A stretch of 64,000 nt of DNA from Eledone cirrhosa. Taxonomy: Eukaryota. Position 1 is the first letter of the stretch; every line of letters begins with the position of its first letter. Below are positions 1 through 12,866 of the stretch, in pieces. Under the pieces are notes generated by a model, which made no database searches, was not told the origin of the DNA, and saw nothing but the letters and a program-made list of their open reading frames with translations. The DNA is taken from contig OZ024753.1 in assembly GCA_964016885.1 (NCBI GenBank), positions 39,060,001 to 39,124,000 on the forward strand, written 5' to 3'. The position numbers and the translations under genes are program-made.

Positions 1-133
<133 letters not shown>

Positions 134-134
134 A

Positions 135-184
<50 letters not shown>

Positions 185-199
185 TTCTCTTTCTCCCTA

Positions 200-298
<99 letters not shown>

Positions 299-427
299 TT
301 CTCCCTACCTCTCTCTCTCATTCTTTTTCTCCTTCACTGGAAGAAATCAACTGAGCTATGATACGCCGTCCATAACAGCAGCATCACTATGTCTCCATCC
401 GATGCTAAGCAACCGCCCTTGTTTTAA

Positions 428-785
428 ATAGTCTCTACTTTTGGCACAAAGCCAGCGATTACCCCAGTTAATCACTGGTACTTTATTTTATCGACTCCGT
501 AAGGATGAAAGGCAAAGTTAACCTTGGCGGATTTGAACTTAGAACGCATAGGGCCATAACAATGGTGCAAAGCATGGTGTTTGACGCTCTACAGATACTG
601 CCAAACCACCATTTTATATATAATTGTTTCTACTTTAGGCACAAGGCCAGCAATTATCCAGTGCATTACTGGTACTTTATTTTATCGACCCCGTAAGGAT
701 GAAAGGCAAAGTCAACCTCGGCGGGATTTGAACTCAGATCGTAAAGGGACGTAACTATGCTGGAAAGCATGGCGTCCGACACATA
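428..785 (-). mobile_element. Two tandem tRNA-derived SINE copies (Nin/Deu-domain type)
   Basis: Reverse complement has B-box-like GAGTTCAAATCC followed by GCCTTTCATCCTTACGGGGTCGATAAAATAAAGTACCAGT (resembles the Nin/Deu central domain); copies ~428-611 and ~621-785; many more copies in the window. Confidence 0.85.
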
Positions 786-1032
786 TATAATGAAATGATT
801 TGATTTATTTTCAAATTCTTGTTTCTCTTTTGTTTTATTGTTTGTTGCCATTTCACTGGATTTGTAAAATTCCGATATTGTTCTGGTTCATACTAAGGAG
901 TTACCTGACGGATATCGATTAGTCAATATATCGTAAATAAAAAAACAAAATAAAACAAAAAAAAAACAATTCATTTTGCCCTTTGAATCGATCGTAAATC
1001 AATGGATTAATAAAGTGTTAATCTTCTCTAAT

Positions 1033-1245
1033 GAAGGCGTGTGGCTGAGTGGTTAGAGAATTGGATTTTCAATCATAAGGTTGTGAGTTCGATTCACAGA
1101 CCGGGCGATGCGTTATGTCCTTGAGCAAGACACTTTATTTCACGTTGCTCCATCTACCTGGAGTTGCGACTGATAGATAGTATTAGCAATTGGAAAGACC
1201 AATGAAAACATTGTTTCCTCGGTCCGATTTGACGAAAGTCGATCG
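1033..1245 (+). mobile_element. tRNA-derived SINE, CORE-like family
   Basis: A-box TGGCTGAGTGG, B-box GAGTTCGATTC, then TGTCCTTGAGCAAGACACTT; near-full match to 42120-42333 and partial match to 60818-60965. Confidence 0.8.
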
Positions 1246-1493
1246 TTCCTTCCTAATCTTCTCTTATTTGATTTCATTGTTCATCCTTATTTATGTATTA
1301 TATATTAAAGAGAAACTTCGGTCTCTCATTCTCAGTATAAACAATCTGCATAGTACGCCATTAACACACAATTGTCGGTGTTAATAAACATATTTAACAC
1401 CGAATATCTTATTCAAGTAAAAGCATTGAGTGCTCAAACAGGTGGCACCTATAGTAAATGATATATTATAACTCGCTAACTGGCTATATGTGT

Positions 1494-1532
<39 letters not shown>

Positions 1533-1548
1533 GTGTATATATATATTT

Positions 1549-1608
<60 letters not shown>

Positions 1609-1790
1609 GTGTATATATATATATATATAAATATGCATGTATATATATATATATATATATATAAATTATATATATATATTCATAAATGTGTATATATATA
1701 TATAAATATGCATGTACATATATATATATATATATAAATTATATATATATATATATAAATGTGTATATATATATAGAAATATGTATGTAT

Positions 1791-1823
<33 letters not shown>

Positions 1824-2145
1824 CATGTTTACATAAAGTTATCGAATGCAAGTAAATTTTTTTCTCGACATGGGGGGAATGGTGTAATAATATATTTCTG
1901 CTAATCAACCTGTTTATTCTGTACTAGGAACAAATATCGAGGAAACTCCAGAGTTACAGTCAACTAAGTCCATCCAAACTTCCTATATATATACAGGTGT
2001 GTCTGTGTATATGTCTGTCCATAGAGAAAGAAGGGGAAAGGCATAAATTATACATATCGCTGTTATATATACAGTACGTATGTATATACAGTACGTTATA
2101 TATACAGTACGTATGTATACATACATATATAAATATATGTATGAG

Positions 2146-2325
2146 TTGGCAGTATCGGCAGAGGGTCGGACGCCATGCTTTGACGCATAGAGTTACGGCC
2201 CTTGCCATTCTGAGTTCAAATCCTGTCGAGGTTAACTTTGCCTTTCATCCTTACGGGGTCGATAAAATAAAGTACCAGTAATGCACTGTGATAATTGCTC
2301 GCCTTGTGCCAAAAGTAGAAACAAT
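2146..2325 (+). mobile_element. Nin/Deu-type SINE
   Basis: TTGGCAGTATCGG...GAGTTCAAATCC...GCCTTTCATCCTTACGGGGTCGATAAAATAAAGTACCAG...GTAGAAACAATTAT. Confidence 0.85.
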
Positions 2326-2327
2326 TA

Positions 2328-2377
<50 letters not shown>

Positions 2378-2385
2378 TATACATA

Positions 2386-2627
2386 TTACACCAAAACACA
2401 TCAAAGCAGAGACAGACCCCATCAAGTTCAAGAAGTCTTTGGATAAATTCCTTCAAGAAATCCCGGATAAGTCTCCTATACCCGGATATACCTCCGTAAA
2501 CAATAACTCTCTGCTCGAGAGGGCCATGGTGCCCAAACACTGATTTGTAGGACTTCGCTAGGTGGTGCTATTAAGTTAGACATGGCCTGGGCCAATACTG
2601 GCCGAAACCTAGCCAAGTTAACAAAGT

Positions 2628-2629
<2 letters not shown>
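2386..2629 (+). mobile_element. 5'-truncated CR1/L2-group LINE 3' end
   Basis: Translates PKHIKAETDPIKFKKSLDKFLQEIPDKSPIPGYTSVNNNSLLE, resembling the FKxxLDxFLxxIPDxP..GY..NSL C-terminus of invertebrate CR1-group ORF2; short 3' UTR follows; flanked by (TA)n. Confidence 0.65.
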
Positions 2630-2669
<40 letters not shown>

Positions 2670-4333
2670 CACATATATATATATATAATTATGTATATTA
2701 CATAATTTATCTATGTTCATACATCGAACAAAAAAAAGCGCTACCTAATCTTTCAAAGTCCAGTTATGACCATCTCTCCAGATGGTGTGTGGTGGTGCAG
2801 AGTAGAAGAGCGATCAGATTTGTGAATGTGTGGGTGTGTGTGTATGACTGTTTACATGTAAATATGTTGCCATATATTTATATCCATATGCATGTGTATG
2901 TGTCTGTGTGTGTATGGTCTTGGTTTTGTCCGCACGAGTGAATGTTTGTGAGGGTGTTAAAATCGAATGTATATAAATTATATGGTATGTGTGTGTCTAT
3001 GTTTCCTGTAGTCGTTATTAGAGTGAACAGATGGCTTTATTCTAAGCATTAGCAATTAAGACGTTCATTGTGCTACTGTTGAAACTGTGCCAGAATGTGT
3101 TTATAGAAGCTGACAGGATGAAAGCACTCCGGCGTCAAGCTGTCAAGTTCTTTGGCGATGGTTGTCTGTGATTAAGGTAAGATTCCGTGACAACATAAGA
3201 CAAGTGAGATAGGAATTCTCTGCAAGAATAGAATGTTTCCAATTAAAATTGTGCATACAAATAACAGAATGCAGTAATTCTTCTCCTCGTTTCTTTCACC
3301 TCACCCCTCTTTGTTCTCTTCAGAAGACAATGGTATTTTCGTTATGCAAAACTTTATAATGTGGATAAACGAATCGTTATAAAAACTATTTAAGGTTTTT
3401 AGTTTGTAAACGAACATTATTAAGGAAATAAAAAGACGAAAATTAAAGAAAAGACAAATGAAGAAAGAAACCGAAGGAAAGAAAAGAAATAAAATTTGAA
3501 AATGATAGAGCCATTAGATTAGTGAGTAAGATAAGACTAATCTTTGATAAAATATCTGATCAATAAATTATTCGGTAATTTTTACGTCTAGCTGAGTGGT
3601 AAGACTGTTCAGGTTACGATTGTATGTTCATAAGTTCCATTATCGGCACGTTGTGTCTGTCCTATTTCACGTTGCTTCAGTCCATTCAACAGGGTAAATA
3701 TAAGTTGTAGTTATACTTGAAATTCAAAGAGTTAGCCTTGTCATTCACACAAATACATAGCCTTTCTCCCACGCTGAATGTCCCTGAGAACTAGGACAAG
3801 GATGCATGTAACTCTGGAAAACTCAACCACTTGATTCATTTCCCCTTTGAGGCTCTTCATCCTGATTTTTTACTATATGATAGACACCTAGACTTATCCA
3901 AAGTGACACAAAAATATTGAGTATACACATAGAGACTTATAGTGGAGAACATGAGCGACATTTTCATCTACTCCACTGCCTTTTGGACATGTATGGAGCT
4001 GAAGTAAATATCTTCCCATAAAATGTATGTAATTTCCAGCTAAACTGTAGTCAAGTCTACTATAATTTATACGAACGATATTAGGAACAAAAATATTCCA
4101 AATATAGTCATAATTTTGGTACACAGTGTAATTTGAGAAGATTGAGAAGATACATAGTTATACGATAAAGAAAACAGATCTGGAAGAACCAAGGATCTCG
4201 CATAAAAATAAAAGAAACGAATGCACCGTGAAAATATAAAGAAATAAACACAAAAATGAAACGTATAAAATAACCCACTAAGGCACAAAAAAAGAGACAA
4301 AAATACAAAAATACAAAACCAAAAAATTGTCAA

Positions 4334-4367
<34 letters not shown>

Positions 4368-6099
4368 GTAGCACTGCAAACTCTAACATCTGCATACATA
4401 ACGTAGAGAAGGTTTTGAAACAACATTTGAAACAGAATTACAGTACGGAAATTATAACCATTAGGGAATATAACAAATATTTAAGTATAGAAGGCTGTTA
4501 ACACTGAGTCTGACAATAATCTAAAGCTGGAAGGAATAAATAAAAACTAGTAAAATAAAATCAATAAAATACATGCCTTTGAGCTAACGATAGTCATTCC
4601 CAAATACAAAACCAAGTGATAAAATAAGCAACAATAATGTTATAAAAAAAAACGCATGTTTGTCCCAATGTAGACATAATAGAAGCAGAGGTGAATATCA
4701 AGGTAAGCCGGATAAATCAACTAATATACACGTAAAACAGTCGAGGTAGTTAGAAGATTTGCTTAGAACTTCTTTTTCGAGAACATCTGAACGCAAGCAA
4801 ACAATATGGGGAATAAACATACAAGTGAAAATACATCATTGTTTAATCCTTACTGAGTTGGCCTAGTTAAAAAAGACATGCATGATGACAAGAAAGAGAG
4901 ACAAGCTGTTAACAACAGCAAGGAATATATTGAATCAAAGAATGCCTAAAATAAGTGATTTTTTTCAAAAGATCGTGAAATTGCAGAGTCGTTGGAGCGA
5001 CGAATTAAATACATCGGTGTTTGTTCGGGCGTACTACAACTTTAGAGTCGGACGGGATGTTTTGCAGTATTTGATCTGGCTCTGTTGGTTCTGAGTTCAA
5101 ATTCCACCTCCTTCTGACTGGTGGTGCACCCGGCAGATAGTATCCGTATGTATGTGCAAGTATGGGAGAACACAGTCAGAAGCGAACAGTGGAAAGTCCC
5201 AGAGGAGTCTACAGTTGGCATGTTTGTGTCAAAGTGTGCATGTCTTTGGCTGGTTTAAAGAACCACATTCGTGCCTCACACTTTTGAGCATTTTATCAGG
5301 CGATGGCCATGCTCGAACACGAGTTTGCGGCCATCATATACGTACGTACGTACGTACGTACGTACGTATGTATGTATGTATGTATGTATGTATGTATGTA
5401 TGTATGTATGTATGTATGTACGTATGCATGTATGTATGTATGTACGTATGTGTATATGTATGTGTGTTTTTAGATGCTGTTATCTTAATACAACCAATGT
5501 AGCATGCTTCCAATATCAGGAATATTTTGTGTACCTTAGTGTGTTTACAAATGGTAGAATGCAGACAATGAGCAAAGGAAACAAAGCGACAACGAAGTGA
5601 AAAGTCATTTGACAGTAATAAATAGAATTTAGCTCTCTGCAAGAACATGGCAGAGAGCAGCAAATATAATTCTGGCCAAGAGTAAATGTGTTATCCGATA
5701 TTGCACTCATCAAATATGAGAATGGTACGTCTAAAATATTGATCCAGGTTTCAGATATAATAGAGTGAAATTTCTTACCTAAATACCACCATCTCCAGAG
5801 AATTATCACTCCTCTGTCTTTTACAAAGTATATTATTTCATTGGTCGCTTTTCATTTAGCTGCCGCTGATTGAAGTAAGTTGGTTCATTATCACCCTCAG
5901 GTAAAATGAGTAGATTTTTGAAGGTGACGAGAAAAGTGGAAAGAGTCATGGTGACAGTCGCACCTTACAATGATTGTAAACTGCTCTAGTTTCTAGTTAT
6001 TAGAATTTCGAAATAAGAACAACGCGAAATTTACGACGAATCATTTAGCAAGTGAGTAAAGCAGGTACAATCCCATTTATACTTTTGTACTTTTGTTGT

Positions 6100-6365
6100 A
6101 TGGCGGTGAATTGAGTCATAAGAAGATCAGCTAGAACGCTTTGCACTATTCGGTTCTGATCTCGGCTCCCTGAGTTCAAATCACGCCGAAATCAACTTTG
6201 CCTTTCATACATTCTAGGTTGAAAAGAAAATACCTGTCAAGTACTGGGTTCGATTCTTCTTCGGTTCTGCTCTATGCTCAGTGAGTTCAAATCCCGCCGA
6301 GGTCAACTTTGCCTTTCATCCATTCTAGTTCGATAACAAAATACCTGTCACATATTTGGGTCGAT
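6100..6365 (+). mobile_element. Two degenerate Nin/Deu-type SINE pieces
   Basis: Two GAGTTCAAATC...CAACTTTGCCTTTCAT motifs (~6173, ~6283). Confidence 0.65.
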
Positions 6366-6943
6366 TCTTCTTCTAAATCTCTTTCTCACTTCCATTCTCT
6401 CACACTCTATCATTCTCTGGAAGACATCTGCTCTATTCAGACCTATAGAGGAGAAGGGCTCCGCCAGGCTTTAAACCAGTGTCTTAGAAATGCCGTATAA
6501 GAATATACGGCTCCAACGACTCACTCTGAGTATATATATATATGTGTACATATATATGTTTATATATATAGGAAAAGAGTCAGGACCCCGACGGCTGAGC
6601 TCCGGCAGTTTCGACAGTTAGATCCTAATTAAGCCACCAGTATATATATATATATATATATCATAAATCATGTCTTTAGAATCATCAGATAAAATATATA
6701 CTATTTCTTCTTCTAATTAGCATAATTAACCATATAAAAAATCAATTAGAACAAGCTATAAGAATAAATGCTCTTATGGAGAAATCTCCGACAAATAACC
6801 GAACGTAGCCTCTTCGCGGCGGCCTCAATCGAGTATTTATCCAACATTTCGACAGCATGTAGAAACTGACTAAATATACCATCAACCATACACAATTAGG
6901 TGTAAAATTAAACTTAGAAGAAATGCGCACATACCGTAATTAT

Positions 6944-7020
6944 ATCTCTACCATGGTTTCTTCCTTATTTTTAGACATCCAAATAATAGGAATGTCCTGA
7001 GTTAGGATTCATCAGGAGAC
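6944..7020 (-). ncRNA. Type I hammerhead ribozyme with long stem II and palindromic stem III
   Basis: Minus strand: GTCTC-CTGATGA-ATCCT...GACATTCC-TATTATTT-GGATGTC...AGGAA-GAAA-CCATGG-TA-GAGAT; stem I GTCTC/GAGAT. Confidence 0.75.
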
Positions 7021-7044
7021 AAACTCAAAATCAGACATCATGTA

Positions 7045-7500
7045 TATTTATTACAATAACAGATTAAAGTTTAAGCAAAGAATCGCTGCTTTCACCCTTA
7101 ACGGTATCTCTTCTGAAACTAACGGGATCTCTTCTGAAACTAACAAAATCAATCTGTGAACGCAGAAGCAAATATTTCAAAAAACGTTGCAACCGGAGGA
7201 AGACAGGAAGTCGATACTTTGGTTCGTGGAAACATTCCTTGGCAAAGAAAGGGAAAAAACGAATATAATACGTCATTATTTGGAGCGATAAAATAAAGTA
7301 CCAGTAATGTACTGGTTAATTTCTGGCCTTGTGCCAATAGTAGAAACAATTATTTGGAGCGGTGAAAAGCAGCGATTCTTTGCTTAAACTTTAATCTGTT
7401 ATTTTAATAAATATTTGCTCTACGGTTCTTATATATTTGATATATATTTATCCTTATCGAGCCCTCTTTGGATTTTAGTCTTCAAATTTATTATTATTAC
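7045..7500 (+). mobile_element. Asymmetric inverted-repeat mini-element, family E
   Basis: AATAACAGATTAAAGTTTAAGCAAAGAATCGCTGCTTT (7057-) is inverted at ~7366-7403; constant tail TTTGCTCTACGGTTC...CTTCAAATTTATTATTATTAC recurs at 8720-8938, 44727-44840 and 52635-52752; contains a SINE fragment. Confidence 0.65.
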
Positions 7501-7537
7501 TATATATAGATATAGAGAGAGAAAATTGAGGTTGGTA

Positions 7538-7584
<47 letters not shown>

Positions 7585-8188
7585 TTAATGGACTAAAATT
7601 TAAATAGTAATTTTCTACTGAGACAGAGTATTTAGTGTTTTGTTTTTCTTCTCTCATTTTTTTATATTGCTTTTTTTCTTTCATTATTCTTTCATTAGAT
7701 TTTAGAATTATTTCCCTCTTGTATGTTGTTGTTTTTATTGTTGTTGTAGTCGTTCCAGCGGCAAGTGGAGAACATCACCACAGCTTGCTGGGGTTTGTCA
7801 TCAATTTTACAATAAAACAATAAACAATATAATAAATATACAACATAAAAAACTTCAACAATAAAATGGCAAGCTGGTGCTAGATAATGTGTGTGTGTGT
7901 GTGTATATCTGTGTGTGTATCCGAGGAGGTGTGTTCGTGTGTGTGTATGTGTGTGTGTGTGTGTGTGTGTCTGTGTGTGTGTGTCTGTGTGTTTGAGAGA
8001 TAAAGAGGGTGATGGAGGAGGAGGATAGAGAGAGGAGAGATAGAAAGAAATTTGGAATGAGAGAATGGCGCAGATGTTGCAGACACACACACACACACAG
8101 ACACACACACGCGCACGCACATACACAGATACACACACACATACACAGATACACAGATACACATACACACACACGCACATACACAGAT

Positions 8189-8220
<32 letters not shown>

Positions 8221-8529
8221 ACATACATACACACACATGCACATATACAGATACGCACACACATACACAGATACACACACACACACATACACACATACAC
8301 AGATACACACAGACACACACACATACACACACGCACATATACAGATTCACACACACATACACATATACACACACGCACACATACACACACACACACACAT
8401 ACTCCCATATACACATATATACACATATATATATATAGACACACTGTGAGATACATGAACAGGAGTTACATATTTATATGTGTTAAAGAGAAGTGGTGTG
8501 TGTTGAGACACCATCTTGAATAATGTTAG

Positions 8530-8565
<36 letters not shown>

Positions 8566-8576
8566 GTATGTTAAAA

Positions 8577-8722
8577 ATAATTGTTTCTACTTTTGGCACA
8601 AGGCCAGCAATTACCCAGTGTATTACTGGTACTTTATTTTATCGACCCCGTGAGGATGAAAGGCAAAGTTAACCTCGGCGGGATTTGAACTCAGATCATA
8701 AAGGGACGTAACTCTATGCGTC
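8577..8722 (-). mobile_element. 5'-truncated Nin/Deu-type SINE
   Basis: Same consensus as the other copies. Confidence 0.85.
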
Positions 8723-8938
8723 CGGTTGCAACGTTTTTTGAAATATCCACTTCTGCGTTTACAAATTGACTTTGTTAGTTTCAGAAGATCCCGTTAAGGG
8801 TGAACGCAACGATTCTTTGCTTAAACTTTAATCTGTTATTTTAATAAATATTTGCTCTACGGTTCTTATATATTTGATATATATTTATCCTTATCGAGCC
8901 CTCTTTGGATTTTAGTCTTCAAATTTATTATTATTACT
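8720..8938 (+). mobile_element. Family E mini-element copy
   Basis: Matches the reverse complement of ~7057-7195 and the direct tail 7360-7500; ends in (TA)n. Confidence 0.65.
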
Positions 8939-9486
8939 ATATATATATATATATATATATTTCGTTTCTGAATTTGTTTAGCAAGATTCTTTATCTGAAA
9001 TCATGTGTTGAAACCGATATTGTTATACTTTGGGAGGGTCATGTTGCCAATAAGAAACACACGCACCAGTTGCTTTCACTTCAATTTATTATATATTTAT
9101 AAATTTATAAATTTACAAATCTACAAACTTATAAATTTCTGGTTGGTTGGTTGGTTCCACAACCAGATAGTTGTTTATATATAGTCATAGTCCTTTCGTC
9201 ACACACTCTGTGACCTCTTCAGTGACTGGGGATTCCTTTCTTTGTTTCTGTGTTTCTGTGACTCTGTGTGTACATATATATATATGTATATGTATATATA
9301 TGTATATATATACATGTATATGTATATATATATGTATCGTAGAATCAAGACGTATCTGAGGACTTTGCGATTTTCAGAGTCAGGCTCGATCACCACATCA
9401 ATCGTGCCTCGAGCAGGTCGCCAGAGAAACGATTGTAATATGTCCAATAAATTCCATTCGTCGCAACATTGAATCTCTTTTTTTCT

Positions 9487-10200
<714 letters not shown>

Positions 10201-10216
10201 AATTGTATATATATAA

Positions 10217-10339
<123 letters not shown>

Positions 10340-10530
10340 TGTTTCTTTATTAGCGACAGAGGTACAAAAGAAGGTGACAAATACAAAGGGGGAAGTTTAC
10401 ATACAATAAAAACGTGTAAAATTTTATGATAGATAGATATATTTCTTTATTAGCCACAGGGGCACAAAAGAAGGGGACAAATACAAAGGGGGAAGTTTAC
10501 ATACAATAAAAACGTGTAAAATTTTATGAT
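10340..10530 (-). mobile_element. Two tandem short 3' ends of an L1/Tx1-like LINE
   Basis: TTTCTTTATTAGCCACA..GCACAAAAGAAGGGGACAAATACAAA twice; same sequence as the 3' terminus of the 11118-11740 fragment; bounded by GATA/AG repeats. Confidence 0.7.
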
Positions 10531-11117
10531 AGATAGATAGATAGATAGATAGGAAGTTAGCGAAAGAGTGAATGAGGAATATGGCGTACCGAGGTAAAAA
10601 GAAGCGGGAGATACATGAAGGGGCAAACATGTTGGTGCTAGTAATTAGAAAATGTAAATAAAAACTTAACAAAGTCAAAATATATTGTCTCTCGATCGAT
10701 AATAATGTTTTGGCCGCCAAAATCTTCGAATGTTTTAATAAGATCGGAAGAGAATTTGTGTGTCTTTAACCTTTGGTTCGTTTTTAGAATCTCAGAGTCG
10801 AGCTGATACTGATGGTGGGAAGTTGATGAATAATGGTGAGGTGATATAGTAGAGGGTGAGAGGGAGAGGGAGAGTGAGAGAGATAGGATAGATAGAGAGG
10901 GAGAGAGAGAAAGGGAGAGATAGGGGAGAGAGTGAGAGAGAAATATGGGAGAGATTGATTGTTAAATAGATAGACATAGAAATATAGATATATAGATCCG
11001 TCAATAGGTAATCTTGTAATAAAGTATGACGATAGATAGATGGATAGATAAATAGATAGATAGATAGAGAGATAGATAGATAGATTGATGGATAGATAGA
11101 CAGATAGATACATAGAT

Positions 11118-11740
11118 AAATTTCTTTATTAGCCACAAGGGCACAAAAGAAGGGGACAAATACAAATGGGGAGTTTACATACAGGTATATGAAAATAAAA
11201 CTATTAATAAAATAACAAATAACAATTGATATCCCCAGTAGGGGGGAGGTGTTACACAGGGGTTGTACACACCCCGAAAAAATGTACAACCCTCATCTTC
11301 AGGAGCACCAAGAGTGAGTACTCCCTTCCTCTCTTCCTCTTTTTCCTCAACCTACAGGCTTATATAGAGAGAAGAGCCAACCACTCGGGCCATCTTTGCC
11401 ACATTCACCCACCTTTTATAAAATTTGCTGGGGTACAGCACCTCTCTCTCCATCCTGATTCTTCTTCCAAAATGATATTTGAAATAACGAATTAGTTGCT
11501 CGCCGGAGAGAAAGGTGTCTGACCTCAGCCCTTTTAGCCTCGTCCACCATATAACCTCTTTCATCATAGTCATAACACATAGGAAAACCGCCCCTCCCTC
11601 GTTTTTGAAGGAGGGTGGCGGTTTGATCATGCCAATGGACTCGGTGGTCAACTGGATTGGTCCCACCCGCGACAATAGTCGTTCTACATAGCCCCACAGG
11701 TCGGTAACGCCTGGGCAGTGTACAAATGCGTGCGCGACAG
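11118..11740 (-). mobile_element. 5'-truncated L1/Tx1-clade LINE (ORF2 C-terminus + 3' UTR)
   Basis: Minus-strand peptide AHAFVHCPGVTDLWGYVERLL...MKEVIWWTR...RW resembles the end of the CCHC zinc knuckle (HxxxxC..xW) and KxxIWxxR motif of L1/Tx1 ORF2; ends with AATAAA then a (CTAT)n tail. Confidence 0.75.
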
Positions 11741-11779
11741 AGATAGATAGATAGATAAATAGATAGGTAGATATATATC

Positions 11780-11848
11780 TTTCTTTATTTGCCACAGGGG
11801 CGTAGAAGAAATGGGACATTACAAGACGTGACGGCAGAGGTTTTACAA
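11780..11848 (-). mobile_element. Short related L1/Tx1-like 3' end
   Basis: TTTCTTTATTTGCCACAGGGG..AGAA..GGGACA.TACAA between (GATA)n tracts. Confidence 0.6.
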
Positions 11849-11867
11849 GATAGATAGATAGATAGAG

Positions 11868-11947
<80 letters not shown>

Positions 11948-12280
11948 CGAGAGAGAGAGAGAGAGAGAGAGATGTTGAAAGGGAGATTGATACAAAAATT
12001 TAGAAAGATAGCCTGATAGATAGATAGGTATTGTAAAGACATATTGATGAGTATCTCTCGGCAGAGAAGAAGAGAGGAGAGTAGGGAGGTTGAGTTTGGG
12101 GGGGGGGGGGATGAGGAGCGGAGGACAGGAGATGAAGTAGGACGATGAGGGATGTGGGAGGATGGAGGATAGGGGGGATGGTGGAAGAAAGGTACAAGTT
12201 ATCACAACAGCTGATTACTGTAATGTTAAGAGTGGCTTAGAGGGAGAAAATATTGATTAAATTGAGATGGGAGGGGCGTG

Positions 12281-12309
<29 letters not shown>

Positions 12310-12316
<7 letters not shown>

Positions 12317-12824
12317 ATATTTATATATGTATCTATCTCTATTTCCTCTCTCTATATATATATATATATCTCTTTCGGTCTCTTTACATGAAGCTCTTCG
12401 CTTTATCTATTTTTCCATCTCTCTATTTTGTCCCATGCATTTCTTCTTTTTCTTCTTTTTCTTCCTTTTCTTCGTTTCGTCTTTCTTTCTTTCTTATTTC
12501 CCTCTTTTCTCTCTCTCTTTCTTTCTCTCTGTATTTTCACTGCTAGAGTGAACCTCTTCAAATGAAGTTGATGTTTATTACGGTATGTCGAATATATTTA
12601 TCTATAAAACTGTTTATATTGTATTTTGTCTGATGAAGGCATAGCATATTGTTAATATGATATCCCCGAAATATATATAATGAAATAAATATGGTTTTAT
12701 AAATATAGTTTTCCATTTATTTAATATTGTAAATATACTCCAAGTATTTGTCGAGTGCTTTTATATCAGTTATAAATATTTACTAGTTGTAACCCAACAA
12801 TTTTAAATATAACTTTACATGTAT
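12310..12824 (+). repeat. 5' pseudo-LTR
   Basis: No difference from 16324-16838 seen by eye. Confidence 0.92.
12622..12687 (+). ncRNA. Type I hammerhead ribozyme in 5' pseudo-LTR
   Basis: TATTTTGT-CTGATGA(12630)-AGGCATAGCATATT-GTT-AATATGATATCCCC-GAAA-TATATA-TA^ATGAAATA; predicted cleavage after 12679. HHRs in PLE pseudo-LTRs are established. Confidence 0.8.
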
Positions 12825-12866
12825 CTTGCTCCAATACTGTTGAGCGCTTTATATTATAACTGAAAA

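Noticed and set aside
1033-1100. tRNA gene
   Set aside because: A/B boxes continue into a repeated SINE body; no complete cloverleaf.
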